DNA of 26,875 bases from Corallococcus sp. 4LFB (GTDB lineage: Bacteria; Myxococcota; Myxococcia; Myxococcales; Myxococcaceae), in contig NZ_JBKGHJ010000051.1 in the NCBI RefSeq assembly GCF_046520365.1, positions 1 to 26,875 on the forward strand, given 5' to 3'. The translations under genes were made by a program, and so were the position numbers. Below are positions 8,346 through 13,553 of this stretch, in pieces (position 1 is the first letter of the stretch; every line of letters starts with the position of its first letter). The notes under the pieces are model-generated. The model did no database searches and was not told the DNA's origin. It saw nothing but the letters and a program-made list of their open reading frames with translations.

Positions 8346-9830
8346 TCATCGCAGGGGCAGCTCCACCAGGGCGGTGGAGAAGGTGTCGAAGGTCTCGTTG
8401 GCGTTGGGCTTCGTGCCCTCGTCCATGTTGCCGAGCATCAGCGCGAAGACGACGCGCGGGTGCTCCGGGTCGTTGGGCCGCTCCGCCACGCCCACGAAGC
8501 ACTTCTGGCCCGTGAGCGTGCCCGTCTTCGCGCGGATGCGGCCCGCGGTGGACTGCGTCGTCTTGCGGCCCGCCAGCGTCCCGTCCACGCCCAGCACCGG
8601 CAGGCTGTCCACCAGCGCGGCGCCGTAGGGCTCCTGGAGGCTGGTGAGCAGCACCCGCGCCATGCCCCGGGGCGTGGCCAGGTTGTAGCGGGACAGGCCG
8701 CTGCCATCCACCGGGCGCAGGTCCTTGGACGGCACGCCCCGGCGCGTCAGCTCCGCGACCAGGGCGGTGCGCAGCGCGGCGTAGCCTTCATTGCCGGTGC
8801 GCTCGCGCGCGAAGCGCATGCCCAGCCGCTCCGCGTACAGGTTGAGGCTCTCCTTGTTCGTCGCGCGCACCAGCTCCGACAGCGGCGGGCTGGTCAGCTC
8901 CACCAGCGGCACCGGCACCGGCGGCATGGGCGGGGTGGGGGCCTCCAGCGACATCGGCAGCCGCGTCACCCCGTGGCGTGCCAGCGCGTCGTCCACGCAC
9001 GCGGCGAAGAGGGCCTCCGGCGCGTCCACGGACAGCTTCACCGCGGCGGCCTGGGGACACGGCCCCCCCGAAGGCGAGCGCCACGTGCACCGCACTCCAC
9101 CGCCCCCGCGCACGCAGGCCAGGTTCGCGCGCTCCGCGTTGACGTCCACGTTCACCACCGCGGACAGCGTGGCGAAGGTGGGGGTCCACTGGACGGAGGG
9201 CGCGTCCGCGCAGGTGGCGCCGGGAGCGCGGGTGAGCGCCAGGTCCACCACGTTCTCGCGGAAGACGAAGGGCGTGGGCGCCGCGCTGTAGGCATACGCC
9301 GCGTCGTCCCAGGCCCAGCCGGGGCCCAGGGCGCCATCCACACCGTCCGTGCCGGCGATGCGCACGTTGCCGCGCCACTGGTGGATGCCGCGCGCCTGGA
9401 AGGCCTCCGCGATGCGTTCACACGCGAGCGCCGTCTCCGGGAAGCGCCACGAGCCCAGCGACGGGTCCCCGGACGCCTGCGCCACCACGTCGCCCAGGAA
9501 CAGGCCTCCCGTCTGCGAGCCCTCCAGGGACACCGGCGTCACGAAGCGGAAGTCCGCCCCCAGCGCGGACAGCACGGCGGAGGTGGACACCACCTTCATC
9601 GTGGACGCGGGCAACAGCCGCACGTTCTCCCGGTGCCTGAAGAGGGGCACCCCGGTGCGAGCGTCCACCACATACGCGCCCGTGATGGCGCCGTCCGCCT
9701 CCAGGGTCTCCAGCAGGGCGTTCGTCACCCCGGGCAGGGTGTTCCGCGGGGCGCCGTCCGGCGTGGCGGGCGCGTGGGTGCAGGCGGACAGGAAGAGGGC
9801 AACGCTGGCGGGCAAGAGGGCGCGGCGCAT
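8346..9830 (-). CDS. dacB: D-alanyl-D-alanine carboxypeptidase/endopeptidase (PBP4, S13 family), a lipoprotein. Longer alternative starts are at 9869 and 9920.
   Basis: It has the SxxK motif (STMKV) and a KTG motif (RAKTGTLTG). The lipoprotein signal is MRRALLPASVALFLSAC. It sits 37 nt upstream of the prolyl oligopeptidase gene on the same strand, so the two are probably an operon. Confidence 0.7.
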   Translation of the reverse strand: MRRALLPASVALFLSACTHAPATPDGAPRNTLPGVTNALLETLEADGAITGAYVVDARTGVPLFRHRENVRLLPASTMKVVSTSAVLSALGADFRFVTPVSLEGSQTGGLFLGDVVAQASGDPSLGSWRFPETALACERIAEAFQARGIHQWRGNVRIAGTDGVDGALGPGWAWDDAAYAYSAAPTPFVFRENVVDLALTRAPGATCADAPSVQWTPTFATLSAVVNVDVNAERANLACVRGGGGVRCTWRSPSGGPCPQAAAVKLSVDAPEALFAACVDDALARHGVTRLPMSLEAPTPPMPPVPVPLVELTSPPLSELVRATNKESLNLYAERLGMRFARERTGNEGYAALRTALVAELTRRGVPSKDLRPVDGSGLSRYNLATPRGMARVLLTSLQEPYGAALVDSLPVLGVDGTLAGRKTTQSTAGRIRAKTGTLTGQKCFVGVAERPNDPEHPRVVFALMLGNMDEGTKPNANETFDTFSTALVELPLR

Positions 9831-10020
9831 GGCGGCGGCCACCGTATGTCGCGTGCCTGGGAGTGTCATGGTTTCCCGCCGGCGGGGTGGGGCGGAGGCG
9901 TGCACGGTTGGACGGAGCACGGGCTAACGGCTTCGCGCGCGGGCTATTCCCGGGCCTGTCCGTCCAGCCACACCGAGTGCCTTGACGCGGCGCCACGCGA
10001 CCCCCATCCTGCCGCGCCCC

Positions 10021-10671
10021 ATGCCTGTCCTACGTGGTGCCGTGACCTTTTCGCGCTTCCGGACCGAGCCGGCCAAGGATGCGCCGTCCGACGTCAAGCG
10101 CTGGCTGACCAAGGGACTCAAGTCCCATGCGTTCGAGCCCATCGACCGCCGCTCCGAGGAGGAGCGCGCCGCCGGTTTCGTGGAGCTGGAGGACCCGGAG
10201 TCCTCCGAGTTCGCCACCGGAAACCTCTTCTATGGCGAGTACGCCCTGTTCGGCTTCCGCATCGACACGCTGAAGGTGCCCGCGTCGATGATGAAGTCGG
10301 AGCTGGACAAGTGGTCCGCCGCCTTCGCCAGGGAGAACGGCCGGCCGCCCGCGCGCGCGGAGAAGAACAAGCAGCGCGCGGAGCTCAAGCAGCTCCTGCG
10401 TCAGCGCGCGGTGCCGCGCACCAGCGTGCTGGACGTGACGTGGAACCTCAAGACGCAGACGGTGCAGGTCTGGGCCGCGTCGCGCAAGACGGTGGATGAG
10501 ATCTGCGTGGCGCTGGAAGGCGCCCTGGCGGTGAAGGTGATTGGCATCACGCCCGCGTCCATGGCGCAGCGCGCGGGCATCGACGAGAAGGCCCTGGGCC
10601 CCACGGCGGAGCTCATTGGCCTGGACCTGCCGGCGACGGCTTCGGTGGAGGACACCCATGGCGAGGCGTGA
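10021..10671 (+). CDS. RdgC-like recombination-associated protein, N-terminal half.
   Basis: MPVLRGAVTFSRFRTEP… parallels the E. coli RdgC N-terminus (MLWFKNLMVYRLSRE). The downstream pattern also parallels RdgC residues 1–~165: …FEPID…GEYALFGFRIDTLKVPASMMKSELDKW… …RAVPRTSVLDVTWNLKTQTVQVWAASRKTVDEICVALEGAL. The upstream TTG at 9982 looks more like a −35 element than a start. Confidence 0.5.
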   Translation: MPVLRGAVTFSRFRTEPAKDAPSDVKRWLTKGLKSHAFEPIDRRSEEERAAGFVELEDPESSEFATGNLFYGEYALFGFRIDTLKVPASMMKSELDKWSAAFARENGRPPARAEKNKQRAELKQLLRQRAVPRTSVLDVTWNLKTQTVQVWAASRKTVDEICVALEGALAVKVIGITPASMAQRAGIDEKALGPTAELIGLDLPATASVEDTHGEA

Positions 10672-11347
10672 GCAGGCGAGGGAAGAGGCGGCGTTCGCCC
10701 GGGGCGATGTCGGCGTGGACGGCGTCGCCACCGAGGAGGAGAAGGACGAAGCCGAGGTCGAAAAGGGCAAGGCGCGCGAACAGCTGCTGCGCGGCCGCGC
10801 CTACCTGGGCCGCGAGTTCATGACGTGGCTGCTGTGGCGCTCGGAGTCGGGCGACCCGCTGGTGGAGTTCGACGGCGCGGGCGTCGTGGTCCTCTTCCTG
10901 GGCAAGGTGGTGCTGCGCGGCGTGGCGGGCGACGTCACGGAGATGAGCGCCAAGGGCACGCTGGCGCCGTATTCGGAGAACGTGCGCCACTCGCTGGACC
11001 GGGGCCTGCTGGTGTCCCAGGCGCGGCTGCGCATCTCCCACGGCGAGCGCGAATACGAAGTCACCCTCGATTCCGAGTTCCTGGACATCCGCGCCGCCAA
11101 GCTGCCCGCGCTCATGACCGAGGAAGAGGATGATCAGCTCTCCGAGCGGCTGGAGCTGACCGAGCAGCTCTCCGGGCTCGTGGACGCGCTGGTGCAGGAC
11201 TTCCTGCCCATGCGCGCCGGCCGCGCCTGGAGCAAGCAGGTGGTGCCCGCGATGAAGGCGTGGATGAAGGGCGAGGAGAAGGGCAGCGACGTGCTCTCCA
11301 AGGCCGCCCGCGCCCGGGGCCGCGACGCCCGGGCCGCCCGGGGCTGA
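10658..11347 (+). CDS. RdgC-like recombination-associated protein, C-terminal half. It overlaps the previous ORF by 14 nt in another frame.
   Basis: An acidic N-terminal stretch is followed by FMTWLLWRSESGDPLVEFDGAGVVVLFLGKVVLRG… and …ARLRISHGEREYEVTLDSEFLDIRAAKLPALMTEEEDDQLSERLELTEQLSGLVDALVQDFL. This parallels the RdgC C-terminal region (…LTEWVRSG… …[60 protein letters not shown]). Confidence 0.45.
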   Translation: MARREQAREEAAFARGDVGVDGVATEEEKDEAEVEKGKAREQLLRGRAYLGREFMTWLLWRSESGDPLVEFDGAGVVVLFLGKVVLRGVAGDVTEMSAKGTLAPYSENVRHSLDRGLLVSQARLRISHGEREYEVTLDSEFLDIRAAKLPALMTEEEDDQLSERLELTEQLSGLVDALVQDFLPMRAGRAWSKQVVPAMKAWMKGEEKGSDVLSKAARARGRDARAARG

Positions 11348-11348
11348 A

Positions 11349-12110
11349 TCACGGTCCAGGCGCTGTACGTCCGCCAATCACCGGGAAGCGCTCGTAGACC
11401 CGCTTGAGCGCTTCCAGGTGGGCGGGATTGTCGTAATCGAGCGGTGCCTCCGTGAGCCGCACGATCCACCCGCCTGACGGCGTGCGCCGCGCCCGCGTGA
11501 GCAGTTCGGCATCGCGAGCCGGCTCCGGGAACCCGATGACCTCCGCGGCAGCCGCGGACCAGTAATTCAGCCACCCGAGGAAAGAGGGAGTCTCCGCCCT
11601 GGGGCTCTTCTCCGGAAGGTTGAGCATGGGAAGCCCCCGGGGTGAACGCTCGGGGTCGTCTGGCGAGCGGCGGAACTGCTGCGCGACCTCTGCGCCGTAG
11701 CCATACGGCGACGCGTGACCCCAGAACGAACGTGCCCCCTCCGCCACGGCCTCGAGCAGCGCCGCCGCTGCCGCGACCGCGGGCCCATCCAGTGGCAGTT
11801 TTGCGTGCACTTCAAGTTGGGGCTGTCCGCCTGGACTGGAGCGCCCTGAGCTTTCAATTCCCCAGACCGTCACGGGGTGACGTTCGTCCCCGTTGCATAC
11901 GACCGGGAATCCACCGTCCTCGATTCTTTCCACGAGCCAGGTGTCCCGCTGTGGCAACGCGATGGGGCGCCCACTTTCGCCAACTTCCCACTCCAGGCGT
12001 AAGCCAGGGAGCGCATTCTCCATCCCATGGATGATATTGAGCGTGCGGCTGTCTTTGCCCGCGAGGGCAGGGGCATAGGTGATGAGTGTCAGTTTTTTTT
12101 GCGTGCTCAT
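11349..12110 (-). CDS. Putative cognate immunity protein for the upstream lipoprotein nuclease toxin. Its ATG overlaps the toxin stop as ATGA.
   Basis: 253 aa with no signal peptide. Its start codon is 4-nt-coupled (ATGA) to the toxin stop. Its 5' end lies in the same low-GC island as the toxin C-terminal domain. The family is not recognised with certainty (possibly Imm52/DUF5953-like). Confidence 0.5.
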   Translation of the reverse strand: MSTQKKLTLITYAPALAGKDSRTLNIIHGMENALPGLRLEWEVGESGRPIALPQRDTWLVERIEDGGFPVVCNGDERHPVTVWGIESSGRSSPGGQPQLEVHAKLPLDGPAVAAAAALLEAVAEGARSFWGHASPYGYGAEVAQQFRRSPDDPERSPRGLPMLNLPEKSPRAETPSFLGWLNYWSAAAAEVIGFPEPARDAELLTRARRTPSGGWIVRLTEAPLDYDNPAHLEALKRVYERFPVIGGRTAPGP

Positions 12111-13036
12111 CGTTTACATTCTGTGACGACGACATCGAGATTGGGAAGTTCTTCGAGCAGCGCGGTTTTATGCGCCTGGGTGCTCACTCCCACGACGAAG
12201 CCATATCCGCATGCCTCTGCGACGTCTCGCTCCTGCTTCAATTGTTTCACTTCCTTCCTGATCTCCTGTTCCTGGACAAAATCATTGTACGAATCAAATT
12301 GATGCGTCTTGATCTCCCACAGTTTGCGGACACCGATTTGCAGTGCATCGAAGCGCACGCCACCCACGAGCACGTCCATCCCGGGATAACGGTTTGGTGG
12401 GAACTTGTCGGCGCACTCGTTATGCGAGTCATCCTCGCCCGCGTGTGGCACGGGAACAGGCTCGCAACTGGCACGGCCCGTCCGGCCCACAAGGACAGGG
12501 GGCACCGGGGGCTGCCTGCCCTGGCCTGCTGGCTCCGGTTCCAGCCTGGGCTTCGGCTTCGCTACAGTATCCCGGGACGCGACCCTCGCCCCTCGTGAGG
12601 TCCCTGCTTCCTCCGGGTAGAGGTGGCGCAGTTCATACGCATCCAGTTCCTCCTTGATGGCGACGGCGACCACCACCGCTCCCAGCACGATGACGGCTCC
12701 CACGGCGATCTCAGGCGCCGCCAGCACGCAGAACCCGAGCCCCACGGTCGCGGCATCGACGGAGGCGACGGTGCATCTTCCCGTGGTGTCGTGGAACTCG
12801 ACCCGGTCGTGGTCGAGTGCTCGATAGCACCGCTCCACCAGCGCGGGCCAAGGCTGGGACGCTTCGCGGACAACGCACCGTCCATCATCCCTCCAGGGGA
12901 GCGCCGCCGCTCGTCGCAGGTTTGCATTCCTCGTATTGCGGACCGTTGACGCTCTGGGACGCGGCTCCGTCGTGGCGCAGGCCGAGAAAACGAGCAGAAG
13001 CCAAAGCGCGGTGCATGTCCGGAGACTCATGGTCAT
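12107..13036 (-). CDS. Polymorphic-toxin-like lipoprotein with a C-terminal PD-(D/E)xK nuclease domain (SitA-like). An alternative ATG is at 13030; the ORF track extends it to 13150.
   Basis: The type II signal peptide is MTMSLRTCTALWLLLVFSAC|ATTE (lipobox Cys, no Asp at +2). A central hydrophobic segment follows. The C-terminal ~110 aa carry GMDVLVGGVRFDALQIGVRKLWEIKTHQFD, a D…(D/E)xK nuclease signature. This domain is encoded by DNA that is clearly lower in GC than the rest of the window. Confidence 0.55.
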   Translation of the reverse strand: MTMSLRTCTALWLLLVFSACATTEPRPRASTVRNTRNANLRRAAALPWRDDGRCVVREASQPWPALVERCYRALDHDRVEFHDTTGRCTVASVDAATVGLGFCVLAAPEIAVGAVIVLGAVVVAVAIKEELDAYELRHLYPEEAGTSRGARVASRDTVAKPKPRLEPEPAGQGRQPPVPPVLVGRTGRASCEPVPVPHAGEDDSHNECADKFPPNRYPGMDVLVGGVRFDALQIGVRKLWEIKTHQFDSYNDFVQEQEIRKEVKQLKQERDVAEACGYGFVVGVSTQAHKTALLEELPNLDVVVTECKR

Positions 13037-13039
13037 CTC

Positions 13040-13083
13040 TTCACAACAAGCAAAAGCCTCCAGGGCCTTGGACCCGGAGGCTT
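13040..13083 (-). terminator. Rho-independent terminator between the Cys-rich peptide gene and the toxin gene.
   Basis: The minus-strand RNA reads GCCUCCGGGUCCAAGGCCCUGGAGGC, a 9–10 bp GC stem with one bulge. It is followed directly by UUUUGCUUGUUGU, and then by the toxin RBS and ATG. Confidence 0.5.
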
Positions 13084-13094
13084 CTGGATGCGCT

Positions 13095-13316
13095 CTACGG
13101 GTTGATGCAACGCCAGACGCCGCAGGAGCCCTCGCCGTCGCCACAGTCATACTGGCTGTAGCACGGCTTGCAGCTGGCCGAGCAGATCATCCGGACCGCC
13201 TGGGTGTCGCTCGTCTCCGACGCCGGGCCGGGAACCATGGCCAGGGCCGAGCCCGCCATGGCGCCGATGATCAGGGCAAGGTCGGGAACGGACCGCTTCA
13301 GTCGCGACGGCTTCAT
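13095..13316 (-). CDS. Small secreted cysteine-rich peptide. It is a 73-aa precursor with a signal peptide and a six-Cys C-terminal core.
   Basis: MKPSRLKRSVPDLALIIGAMAGSALA|MVPGPASETSDTQAVRMICSASCKPCYSQYDCGDGEGSCGVWRCINP. A GGAGGAAGC ribosome-binding site lies 4 nt before the ATG at 13316. The signal peptide has an AxA cleavage site. Six Cys fall within the last 26 residues. Confidence 0.45.
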   Translation of the reverse strand: MKPSRLKRSVPDLALIIGAMAGSALAMVPGPASETSDTQAVRMICSASCKPCYSQYDCGDGEGSCGVWRCINP

Positions 13317-13553
13317 GCTTCCTCCGGGGGGAATGGGGCCGGAGCATCCGGGCCCACACAGCGAGGGCATTCGACCAGACGCGCAGAGGCGATCCAAGTT
13401 CGACGCTGCTCCAGTCTGGCGCGCTGTCCGAACCGCAATGGAGCAAGCGGCCGCGCCAGTCCGGCGCGGTGCCTGTCTGTCCCAGGGCGGAAGGCAGAGG
13501 CACGGGACTCGCAATGACTCGCGGCCAATCCCTCCCGCCCGAGCAGGTGTCCC

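Noticed and set aside
6254-8515. 753-aa plus-strand ORF antisense to the prolyl oligopeptidase and dacB genes. The same applies to 6360..7766 (−) and 8241..10499 (+).
   Set aside because: The composition is extremely Arg/Ala/Gly/Leu-biased with RRRR and HRHR runs and no domain signal. The opposite strand encodes a well-supported peptidase with catalytic motifs.
12936-13517. Plus-strand ORFs 12936..13517 and 13168..13599 in the peptide/toxin intergenic area, and the upstream 124-aa extension of the Cys-rich peptide ORF (13317–13688).
   Set aside because: No ribosome-binding site and junk composition. The extension of the minus ORF beyond the ATG at 13316 runs through the divergent promoter region and into the MVP gene start. 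The strong RBS sits right before MKPSRLK.
13469-13553. Upstream extension of the MVP ORF (MPVCPRAEGRGTGLAMTRGQ…) and the frame-B reading of 13554–13986.
   Set aside because: MVP homology for this segment is in the other frame, beginning at GTG 13554. The frame-B translation is Arg/Gly/Pro junk (…RRRADGGGPARADAGG…). The real start is more likely GTG 13554, or ATG 13514 if there is a second frameshift, than 13469.
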